NCBI RefSeq assembly: GCF_001447785.1
Contig: NW_015170892.1
Location: 1,049,760 to 1,113,759 of the forward strand
Source of the DNA: Gekko japonicus
Taxonomy: Eukaryota
Length of the DNA: 64,000 nucleotides
Direction of reading: 5' to 3'
The notes under the pieces were generated by a model. It had not been told where the DNA came from, searched no databases, and was given only the letters and a program-made list of their open reading frames with translations. Position numbers and translations under genes: made by a program. This document shows positions 52,957-64,000 of this stretch, one piece after another (the stretch's first letter is position 1; each line of letters begins with the position of its first letter).

Positions 52957-53118
52957 TTGACTTCTAACACTTCTGTCTGCTCAAAGTTGTTTTCACCATT
53001 TCTGGCTGCCTGAAGTTGCATTTCTTCTGAAGTTTTTATCTTTTACATCTTGATACTAATGGTTTTTTAAAGGAGAAAACCAGTCACAAATGTTTCACAT
53101 AAAGGAGTAAATGCTTAC

Positions 53119-53224
53119 TTTGCTAAGTGTTTCACCAAAATATCCAGCATTTCTTTGTTCTTCTCTGGAAGTTTATGGACCAAAAAGTGTATAGCATTAA
53201 CACGGGACTCGGGGCTACCACTTT
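53119..53224 (-). CDS. ARHGAP10: ARHGAP10 coding exon (106 nt), RhoGAP: SGSPESRVNAIHFLVHKLPEKNKEMLDILVKHLA(N)
   Basis: Lies within ORF 53115..53306; tag acceptor, gtaagc donor; near-identical to the recalled ARHGAP10 sequence. Confidence 0.96.
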
Positions 53225-54544
53225 CTATATAAGAAAAGAAGACAGTAGTTCTTAATTTTTTTATTAAGCATGCACTTGGTATAAACATACACTCATGGGA
53301 AACCAATACATGTAAGTATTTCTATCAACTCACCTTATTCCTCGTTTTATGTCTTTTTCAGAAAGAAGGATGAAATGATTTTTAAATTTATCCTTCCAAT
53401 ATTTCTTTTTTCCCCCTCATGTATTTTTCAAAACTAAATTGATGCAGTTATTATTCCATCTATCTAGAAATAAACTTCAGTGTAAAGAATGGGGCTACTG
53501 CTACGGAATAATTATTTTATTCCTTTGAAACTACTGATGAGATGCCTTAGGGTAGCTGATCCATTTGGTGGGTCATGAGTTCCAAGACAGCATTTGTTTT
53601 GCTACCTTTTAGAAGATCCTCCTGTGTAGAGAACAAGGGTACCATGCCAAAATGAGGAGGAGGGCAATGAGGCATGGTCACACAGTGGTGGTGGCTGCTA
53701 TTCAGTATACTTCCTGGTGCTTATGTTACCAGTACCCAGCTTTTCCAGCTACCCATAACCCTAGCCTTGACACTGGTGAGGTCATAACTCTGCCCCTCTC
53801 TCCCTGTCACCTGACTCTAATATCACATGATATACCCTTATGAGCTTGCAGTTCAGTGGGTCCCATGTCTGGTAAGATTGAAGACCACTGCCTGCCTTAG
53901 GGGTACATACAACCATACTTACTCACCCTTAAAAATAACCCCAGGTATAAGAGAGTTCTCTAAGGGCATCTAGATAACTGTAATCTTCCCTCCTTGCATT
54001 CAGCACTTCACAAGAGAACAGCATTCTAAAGGACTCAGAATAAAACATGCTAAACTGACAGGGCAATAACTTTCTTACTGGTCTTATTGCTTGCAACAGT
54101 ACTAACAATTCCATTACCAATAAATTTTATTCCTTAAAAAAGCACATTACTTTTGTACAGAATCATAAAGCAACTAGTTCAAGCCACAAGACCTTACCAC
54201 TTGTCCTGCTTAATTTTTGTAACTGTCTGCTTGTTCGCATTTCCTTTGGCTAGCTTTATCTTTTCCCAGCCCTCCTTTGTTCCTCCAAAGCACACATCTT
54301 AGGTAATATCAGATGTTGTGATATTTTTTCAGAGGCCCTCATTTTCCACCTACCATTCCTTCAAGTTCCTCTTTCAGACCACTCTGCACCCTTTCTGCAG
54401 CATCACTGCCATCAGCTCCTATATACATTCCAGATCCTCTTCCCAATCTCTAACCTGCCTAAATTTATGGAGCAAAGGGCCATCAGTGGCTTTAGCCACA
54501 ATGTATAGATGGGACACTATGTCTGGGACAGTGATGTCTGTATT

Positions 54545-54681
54545 CTTGGTGCTTGAGGAGCAACAGTGGGAGGGCTTCTGGAATTCTGGCCCCGCTGGTG
54601 GACCTCCTGATGGCACCTGGATTTTGGCCACTGGATGGGCCATTGGCTTAACCCAACATAGCTTGTTTTATGTTCTTATGT
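54545..54681 (+). mobile_element. Short CR1 3' UTR fragment
   Basis: Ends in ttatgttcttatgt, a CR1-type tail. Confidence 0.6.
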
Positions 54682-57600
54682 AGAGCTCTCCCTTTGCTTG
54701 CAGAACCTCGACTGCAAAACTGTGCCACCACAGCAGGCCATCCAATTATGGTCAAGAAACTTTGTCTGCCAAAAGCTCAATTCAATATAGATTCTTCAGG
54801 ATTTAAACAAATGTGTTAGTTATCAAAATATATTAAACTGTTGCTGAACAGATACATTTCCTTGTATTATACGTTTTTTCTTCGCTTGGTAGACATAGCC
54901 ATTACAGTACATGACATTCTCTTTAAAGAATATTAGATCCATAATTTAGGAAAGACTTCAAAATAGGTATAATCCAACTTTCTTACAACCTGGATATTCA
55001 TCTAGACTTCTCTTAGCATTTCTGTACATGCATGAAAGTTTAATGCACAAGCATTATGTTCTAGATTCACTGTATTTTAGAAAGTGAGCAGCAACACACA
55101 AATTGTCATAACTTTTTACAAGTAAAAATCTATTTTGTATTGTGCTGTCTCAATGAATTATGCACCACTGATGGATTGAGCTGGTACAATGTCATGGAAT
55201 GCAGAATAAACTTGCCAGAATGCTTGCTGTCCTGATACAGTAAAGTTGGCAGTGCAGCTAGGATCAAACCATTACAGAGAGCCTATGGTCAAGTAGTAGG
55301 GGGGGTTTCGGAGTGGGTGGGTGAGTTGTTCAAGGCCTTAGAAGACAACTGTGAAGGAACAGATGGGAAAACAAGATCCAAGGGCTACAGAAAAACACGT
55401 ATGCAGTGTAATCAGGAAAGGGTAGACAGAAAAGTAGGAGACTTGGGACAATGGGCAGAGGAGACAAGAAACTAAGGAAAGAAGATGGTAACCCAAAGCA
55501 AGGCAGGAATGTAAGGTGCACAGGGTTCAAAGATGAAATCTAGATTATGATATGGCAAAGAAAATAATGCCAGTTATAGCAACTACTGTCACTGGATTGG
55601 ATTCCACATATTGCCAGTGGAAGGCACCAATGATCCAGGATTTTCCCCACCTCCCCTTCCCCAAGAGCCATTTCCAGTCTTGGGAAGTATATTGCCAGGG
55701 TCAAGGGAATAGAGTGTACTAATGGCCACACCAGTCAGGTGGCTGTAGTGGAAGGGAATGAGGTTGCCCTTTTTGACCTCTTGTCAAAAGGAGCATTTTC
55801 TCCCCTTCCCTCTCTCCACTGCAGGAGCCCCACCAATGCAGCCATTAGAACATGCAAGTCTCTCATCCCCAGGAACACAGTTTTCTGGGACCAGAAATGT
55901 CTCCAGTGGGGGAGCCCATGGATTGTGGGATCTAACCTACAGCATCAGTGTGACCTGGGAATTACAATTGGAGAAATGAAAGCCAAGGAGGAGCTAGGTA
56001 AATTTCAGATGTTTTGATTTGGATTAACTAGCCAACTCCTTAACCAGAGTCTTCTAGTAATGCTATATTCTATTCTACTGTTACATATTGTGCCTACTTA
56101 AATTAACCATGGATATTCTTTTAGATACACCTTTGGTAAAGTATTAAGAGTTCTTGGACTTTTATCAGCTTTTGCTACAAAGTCCCCAACTACTTGCTTC
56201 GCAGTGCATGGAGGGGGGAGAGAGGCTAGTGTGATGAGCACCAACTATGAGAATTTCCCCAGGACACATTCATTTATAAATGTTTGTCTTTTCAAATATC
56301 AGTCTTTCCTTTCCCTAGTCTCTTAAGGCATTTTAACAAGGCAAGGACTCACTGTCAGAGTGCTTTACTTTGTTTGCCTCATTTTTTCACAGAAGTCCCA
56401 TCTAGTCAACTAAATATGTGACTTTTATTTTGCTGGAACCTCACAACTACTTTTTCAATTTAAAATTATTTAAAACCATGCTCTGTTAAGATTTATGTTT
56501 GTTTCAAATTTCTGCAATCCCAGTCCTATCTCACTGCTTATTAGAAGTCTCATCCTGATCACATTGACTTCCAGTGTGTCATCTGCTCTGAGTCTCAGTA
56601 AGAAAGGCAGACAAAAATAACACAAATAAATAAATAAAAATAACTCCTTCATTTGTTCATCCAAACAAAGGTGCTGTGTCAGCCTCCCCACGTCTTTCGT
56701 TTTAGCTTTAAATACTTAATTTCACTTTTACATTTATTATTTTGAGAAATTTAAAAGAAGGCAATTATTTTTTAGCATGAAGCTGACAAGGTTCACTTTA
56801 AGGATATAAACAGTTGTGTGCCTTTGTTGGATCCAAGATAAATTTTTACTATACATTCATGTTAAAAAAATAACTAAGAGGCATGAAATATACTTCCAGA
56901 AAAACTGGGGAAATGCTTGCTTTATGGTAAACAAGACATTTATAAATGGTATAAATAGCAAATTAATCCAGGATTATCCAGGATTATCATCTTCCAGCTA
57001 AATGTCTATTCATATACAGAATCTTTTTGCATCTTTGAACAATGTATGTATTTACAGGAATATCTATAACAGAGTGTCCAGGGGTAATAGTTTACCCCTA
57101 GGTGGGTGGCAGCTCCTCCAGAGTGGGGGTGGCCATGTTAGCAATGCCAGCTGCAACCCCTGTGGGCTGGCCCCCAGGAAGACTGTGAAGGAGCCAACAG
57201 CATCGCCACTGGGCTGGCAAGTTGCACAGGCTGCTCTCCCAGTTGACATGAAGGAGAAGGGGTAGGGTGGCACCTGATGAGAGCTGATGAGAGCTGATGA
57301 GAGCTGGAAACCACCAGCCGAGCTGAACCACCATTCAGGGAGGCCTGGGGCCCCAATTGGGGCTTGCATGGCTGAGGAGGAGGAACACGGGCCTGCTCCC
57401 TGATGTGAGGGATAGGGCATGTGGAAAGAAGAATGTGTAGGGTCCTGTATGCCTCCTTCCTTCTGTTTGAGGCCACGGGAAGGGGGGTCTCAATGTCTCC
57501 CCCCCCACACACACACTCTTCTGGTTCCAAGCACCGGTATGGAGACCTCCCCTACCACCAACACTGCCACAGAACATACAGGTGAGGCAACCACTTATGA

Positions 57601-58128
57601 CTTGGGTGACCTACCCCATCATACAGGAGTGGGGGATGGAGGTGTGAGGGTCTCTTACAAATCAATTGCCTCTTAAGATTTTATGGATCTAGGCTCTTTT
57701 AAAATAAAACTTTTTGCTCAGTTGCTCACCTCAGTTATAGGTACAGTTATGGTTGTGAGTATAAAAGGCTTTGGGTTAGCTGCCCAGATCTGAGATTACT
57801 GATAAAGCTTATGGTGAGCAAGAAGATCACCAAGACAGGAGTTGTATAAAACAACAAAGATTTATTTATTTACAAGTTGTTTTTAAAGAACAGTCCAGCA
57901 GCACAGGTCTCCGGGCTGTCAAAGAAGAAGCCTGGCTGAGTTACTTAAACTGAAGCCAGTTTGTGATTTGAGTTTCCTTTATCACATGCAGTTACAAAAA
58001 GGATTTCACTGCCTAGCTACCAGGATGGATCCTTTCACACACATTTCCCCCAAACCAACTTGTCCCTTATTGTGTCTGTGATCAACAGTAAAACAGAGCT
58101 ACGATTTGATTGTAAATTAAATACTTAC

Positions 58129-58187
58129 TGACAGGAATGATAAACTCTTCATGCATATCATATGTCATTAATGGCTCTGGAAGGCTT
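58129..58187 (-). CDS. ARHGAP10: ARHGAP10 coding exon (59 nt), RhoGAP: SLPEPLMTYDMHEEFIIPV(K)
   Basis: cag acceptor, gtaagt donor; LPEPL RhoGAP motif; phases join the neighbouring exons in frame. Confidence 0.95.
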
Positions 58188-59185
58188 CTGTAAAGACAAG
58201 TCATATGAAATTATTAAACAAAATAAAATCAGTATTTAATTACAAGTGCAAACATCCCAAATACAAAATCTGTATACCTTTCCCTACTACAAGTTATACT
58301 CTGTGCTCTTTTGCACTGGCCTTTACGGCTACTACAGAATGCTTTGCACAGGAAAGGAGGGAATCTCTACCATATCAATACTATACAAGGGTTAGAGGAA
58401 TACTCTGGGTTACATAGCCAGAGTGAAGAAAATGAGCTTTCCCATGGTATTAGAATTTGAGTGGGGCACTAAAACTGGGAGGATGCAAGGTAAAATCCCC
58501 ATCTAGCTTTCTGGCTATCTTGGATCAGTCATACTCTCTCAGACTAGCCTACCTCTCAGGGTTGGAAATCCAAACAAAACATCCGTGACAAAAATAACGA
58601 AGAGTCAATAATGATATATATGCAAAATAGTTTACGATAATAATTATATGATTCTGTGGGAAACTCTCTTCTTTTATCGCTCACATGCAATGACTTTTGC
58701 ACAATAAAAATATCCATTTCACAAGGATTGCTTTATCTAAGCGTGTAGTGATTACAATTCTTATCAATTTTCACTTATCAGCTCTTGAAATAAATATCCC
58801 ATGTTGACTCCCTGATATCAGAACCCAAAGTCAGAGAGTCAATATGGGATGTTTATTTCAAGAGTTTGGACTTCCATCTCCTCCCGTGATCTCTCAGTTT
58901 TGGCTTCTACCTCTCAGGGTTGGCAAGGTTGCACCCTGGGATACTTGTAGGAAGGGCAGGACTAAAATATAATAGCTAGCTGACAGGACTGATATATATC
59001 TAATCAGCTTTAATCAGCTCTGGAGGCCAAACCACAGATTTGGGCTGTAAGGGGTTTTCATGAATATTTCCACCAACAATAACATCACAGATGCTTCCAT
59101 TAAAAAGAAACATACAGTTTTGACTGTACAATAAAACTTTTAAATCCTTGGTCAACTGTTGTGCATTTACAAAGTGTAAGCTTAC

Positions 59186-59273
59186 CTCAAATACTGTTTC
59201 ATTGCACTGGTTATTGTCTTCACTTCCCATTCCATGGAATTTTCCAGATCAACTTCACTACATGTTTTTGTGT
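59186..59273 (-). CDS. ARHGAP10: ARHGAP10 coding exon (88 nt), RhoGAP domain: (D)TKTCSEVDLENSMEWEVKTITSAMKQYL(R)
   Basis: Manual translation of the minus strand; tag acceptor and gtaag donor; matches the recalled ARHGAP10 segment DVKTCNEVDLENSADWEVKTITSALKQYLR; phase 1 in, phase 2 out. Confidence 0.95.
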
Positions 59274-62200
59274 CTAATGAAAACAACAAAAAGAGGGTAG
59301 AAATCACATTCATCATATGCTACAGTTTTCATTAATGAAATCTATAAAACAAAACTGTGAGAAGGGAAGCACACTAATGTTGGACCTATGACAATACAGG
59401 TCTGGACATGACAGGGGCACCAACCCCATTCTGCACATCCAAGCATGACAATACTGCAGACTGTGAGTGTTGATGGTGTGTTAGTATACATACCACAGGC
59501 AACCAATCCCCAGCACTATTTGTATCATGCATCCAGCATGCAGGTCACATAAGGAGATCTACACTACTGAGACAGGGCAATGACTTAGACCTCTTCTTCA
59601 AAGCTGAAAGAAGCTGAGCAAACATTCTTGCAACACATCAACAAATCACAGTGTGCAGAATGTTGGCAAAAAAAATATATCCATGGCAATATTCAGTAAC
59701 ATTGCCCCAGATGATATAACAGAAATAATGCTAGTCTAAAAGTATTGTACAGATATTAATGCTTCCAGTCAACACCCAGAGTTTATCGTAAAAAAGTTGT
59801 TTATAAAATGAAATATGTTATCAGAGAAAACACTTAAAGCACTAAGAAAACTAAACAATCTTGGTTGCTTATTTCATAACATTAAGAAATTTACTATCAT
59901 GGTTGCTCCAGTCTAAACCAACTGCTTTCAGTACATAGGACAGCACTGTTATTCTTGTAGTAATACTCTGGGGAGAGGTGGGCAGAGACTTTTTTATATA
60001 ATAAAAATCTTGTTCCTTAAGTACAGTACAGAAAAACAAGTTCCTATAGTGATGCCAGTCACTCTGCAAGAAATTAATAGAGTATACTAAATTATAGCAC
60101 AACAACCATAAACTGAAAGCAGTCTATCGCTGGCTGAATCTGTAATTAAAGGACGACAGGAACCAAGTCATATATCCATAATTCTTTTTTTTAACGTCAG
60201 TTTTACACATTACAATAACCATCATATTGGTTTCATTTTCTATAACTTGACAGAGGCTCAGTAAAATTGAGTTGTAAAACGCCTGAATGAGAAAACATAA
60301 AAAATTCATCCTGACAAAGAAAATTAAATGAAACTATGGCACTATTTGTATTTTAAAATACAAATCTGTGCTATCACTTTATCTTGAAGATGTTATTTTA
60401 CAGTCCAGTGCATCACAAATAAAATGAACTGACTGAGGTACCTTATGATTCTCTAAAAAACATTTCAGGGTTTTTTTTGTTATGGGAAGTGACAGAAAAC
60501 ATACAAAAAATTACAGCAGTGGTAACTGACACTGATTACGTTTATCAGTCCATAGATTTTATATTTAAGATGGAACTGGGCTTGTCAGATAAGCAACAGA
60601 TCAAATTAGGCCCCTTTATTAAAGATGTAGTCTTTTTGAACAGATACTAAATGCTTCTCTTCTAAGGGCTATGTTAGCCAATTTTTTCTTGTAACTGAAT
60701 ATTCTCTCTCAGTACATCAATTATTTAAACATAATTAAAAATACGAGTCAAATAATATTTTCTACCGGTCACTGGCCTGTTTCCAATCACATTGTAAAGA
60801 CTTAAGAGCACTTAGGTTTTCTTAAGACAAGGGAAGGGATTTCTACTGACTCCTCCCTTCCATTCCAGACCCCACTAAGCTGTTCCTTTATGCCAGAGGA
60901 CTTTCAGGAACATTTTGAGGGATCGGTGCTAAAAGAGCAGCAGCAAGAAGGAGGAAAGCAAAAATTGCCAAACCCTCTTTAAGACCAAGAAAGGTTTATT
61001 CAAAGTATGAGCTTTTGTGTGCATACACACTTTTTCAAATACGTTAGAATGGACCGATACAGATGATCACCTGGAACCCTCTTAAGAAAACTTAGACACT
61101 TAAGTTTTCTCTGTGGCTGTATCCAAGTATACAGATCTCACATCAATAGAACCTCTAAACCCAAAGCCTTGTTTGAATTAAGCTTTAGTTTGCTCATTCT
61201 CTTCCAGCTCATCACTGCCTTCAATCATGGGTTCAAACAAACCACAGCCTCCTTAGAATCAGGGGAAAACAACAAGTAGAGCTGCGTATCATCAGCATAT
61301 TAGTGACACCATAGTTCACTGCTCAGTTCCAATCTAGAACAGCTCTCTTGAGTCATATTGCCTTCTGAGTTATGATAGTGAACCAATGGAGCGTTGTGTC
61401 TCCCTCTTCCCACCTGCACCCGAGCCTGCTTGGTGTACCATACCCCCAATGATCAGACATACGACCCTGGACTGAAGCTGCTTAGAAAGACAACATGGGA
61501 CAGCATGATGGTGGGGCAGAGAGGAGGAGCTGGACTCCTGGATGTGGGAGAAGGAAGTCTTCATTCCACCACCGGCACCTTCACTCACATTTGGTGGGTT
61601 TTTTCCTAGTGAAGTAAGGCTTCATTTCACATATAATAATTTTTTTTTTCATGTGGAAGAGGTACTCTGGGACTAAACCTGAATAGTTAGACTTAGACCT
61701 TTACACAGCTCTCTGGTTAAGAAAAATTCACTTAACAAGATGTATTTTTCTCTTTTTATCCTATTATGTCTACTTGAACTATCCTTCAACTTTCTGGTAT
61801 TTGTGAAAGCTCGCTGTAATTTAGGGCAATCACTTCACTGTACAATGAAACAGCCAATTTAGAGTCCATTTATCTATACTGTTAACATTGTTAACAGAAT
61901 AATTGTAAAAAAAACCCTCCTCTAAGTTGAAGCCACTCATAAGGTAACACGTTTTTTTAAAACTCAGTGTTCCTTGTTCAAGAGGTCATCAAGTGAGGTT
62001 AAGATAAGACCAAAACGCTGTGACTCCTGGAATTCTGCATAATCTGTCATGCAGTGGGTAAAGAAAGGAATTAGCATCACTTGTTTATTACTTTTTTGTC
62101 CTGCCTTTCTCTAAGAATTTCTGGGTATTATTCGCTTTTATCTCTACAACACCACTATGAAGTAGTCTAGAGGACAGATCACGAATTGGCTGAAGAGGAT

Positions 62201-62304
62201 TTGGGGATTTGAAACCAGGTCTGTAGTATTCAGTGCTCTAATACTTGTGAAAATACACTGAAATTCTGTCCCACTTCAAGTCCAAGGCTCATTTCTTCAT
62301 AATA

Positions 62305-63471
62305 CTAGGAAGAAGGCCCACTGCAGTGGCATATGAAACGTGTGCTAGCCGCCGCCCCCCCCCCCCGGCCGGAGGGCATGGGCATGGAGGGCGAGGCAGC
62401 CGGCCCTGACAGGGCAGGACACGCAGCTAAAACCAGCTGTCGCCTCACGGGCTCGCTTGGCTTCCCCGCAGCTGTGGGGAAGGTGAGAAAGTCAGCTCTG
62501 CATGGGAAGGCAAGGGGGTGTAAGCCACCTCTCCCCCCAGTGACTTGCTCGGCTTCTCTGGAGCCGCTGGGAGGGCGAGCAAGCCGATGTCGACAGGGAA
62601 GGGAATCCCCCCCACCCAGTGGCAGACACCGTGGATCACCTGAGCGGCCGCCTCCGAGGGGAGGGAGTTAGCGTCTGTGGGAGCAGGAGGAGAGGGGGAA
62701 GAGGAAGGAGGCGATGGAGCTACAGCCACGGCCTCCCGCGCCACCACTGGCTCCCTCGCCACCACTGCCATGGGCTTGTCCCCGTCCTCGGCGCCCGCGT
62801 CCTCTCCCTTGCCCCTCTCAGCCTTCGCTGCAGGCTTCCGGTCCCCGGGTTTGGTATCCTGCCCCATCACCAACACGCCAATCACACAGAGGGGACAGCT
62901 GCCTCTCTCGAAGGGCCCGCATCGCTGCTTGCCAGGGCGACCTGCCCGGCTCGTGTGGTGGTGGCGGAAATCGTGAGGCAGAGTGACTTGGGGGCCGGCT
63001 GCCCAGTGCTCAGGCCACTGCCGCCGAACGGAGCAGCGTCGTGGAGCACAGTGAGGCACAACGACCCCCTTCCCAAGGCAGGGAGGACGCACCGCACGTC
63101 CCCACCAGTGGGGCGGGGATGGGAGGGAAGTGGTGGCTTTCCCGATGGTGGGCAGGAGCAGCCTCGCCAGCACGGGGACACCTGTCTGCGTTGGGGGGCC
63201 AGCGGAAATGGCAAACAGCGGCGACTCGGGCCCTTTCTGGCTCTCAGCGGGTTACCCAGGCCATCAAGGAGGCATGGGTCCCCTTTAGCGGCTCCGTCCA
63301 CACTGAGGGTGCAAGAGGGGTCGCTGGCTGTGTGGGCAGGAGTCAGGTCATGCAGCCACCCAACGCAGGCAGAGGATTGGCAGACGTTCAGAGAGGCAGT
63401 TCATGCGGCCAACCTATTTTGGCGTGCATTGAACGTTGTGAGACGAAAACTCAATTATATATAAGGAGAGA
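62305..63471 (-). mobile_element. Non-autonomous Helitron
   Basis: Minus strand starts A|TCTCTCCTTATATATAAT and ends CTTCCTAG|T, with the palindrome CCACTGCAGTGG just upstream of the end; no TSD; GC-rich interior. Confidence 0.75.
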
Positions 63472-64000
63472 TTGGCTCTGTAGTTAGCACAGTAAATTTC
63501 TAAAACATTAAATGAGGTCCCAAGGTTCTGTTTATGAAATATAACTTTGCCAAATAAATACTTGAAATCGTAACCTAATGCCACCAATAAAATGTGTCTT
63601 TACAATCTTCCCATCACATGAAGATCACTTCTGACTTTGACAGTACCTATTTATGTCCAACAAACATGACAACACAAACATATGATCATCTTGTGAATCA
63701 TACATAAACTTTAGTATAATTCATGACAGACATGGGCAGATTCTTTAACAATGAAGACCACAATACGTCTTGAGCTCCAAAGGCTCAGGTAATTTACACA
63801 CTGTTTTGGGGAAAACGATCAATATTATTAATACAAACAATATCTAGATGCTCTTCCGTCTGGATCCAGACCTGGTGGTGGCACAGAAACTGCACTGGTT
63901 CCTCCCTGCTAAATAATCTAACTGGGTTGACTGGCAAGGGACAGCATGCCCCCGCTAATACTCACTACAGCCTTCAACCACAATGTTCTTCTGCTTTGCC

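Noticed and set aside
57274-57311. (ctgatgagag)x3 followed by ctggaaac, resembling a hammerhead core CUGAUGA...GAAAC
   Set aside because: No closing stem II pair before GAAA and no convincing stems I/III; best read as a 10-bp tandem repeat.
57070-57660. Possible solo LTR (GC-rich block)
   Set aside because: Could not define TG...CA ends with a matching 4-6 bp TSD.
62333-63487. Long overlapping ORFs of up to 281 aa
   Set aside because: Expected from stop-poor GC-rich DNA inside a Helitron; no recognisable domain.
1-64000. CRISPR array, retron/DGR-type RT system or other prokaryotic system
   Set aside because: The sequence is intron-rich vertebrate DNA; the RTs are non-LTR retrotransposon types and there is no repeat-spacer array.

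Overview
Vertebrate (squamate, probably gecko-type from its SINE content) genomic DNA, not prokaryotic. The whole window lies inside one minus-strand gene, ARHGAP10 (GRAF2/PS-GAP). Eight coding exons with canonical GT-AG boundaries and compatible phases encode the C-terminal part of the RhoGAP domain, the Ser/Pro-rich linker and the first part of the SH3 domain. I could not find the upstream exons or the last exon in the window. The introns are dense with transposable elements: a 5'-truncated, decayed L2-clade LINE (APE+RT, with a 447-N gap), CR1, RTE/BovB-like, L1 and Penelope fragments, Sauria and Squam3-like SINEs, hAT and Harbinger-like MITEs with visible TIRs/TSDs, and non-autonomous Helitron-like elements. 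Nearly all other ORFs in the track are spurious or TE-derived. I see no evidence for a new multi-gene system. The most interesting items are a 1.96-kb cargo-carrying hAT element, a set of Helitron-like elements ending in CTTG rather than CTAG, a 205-bp tandem duplication covering one such terminus, an L1 nested in a SINE, and a pre-miRNA-sized intronic hairpin. All family assignments come from motif recognition, not from database searches.
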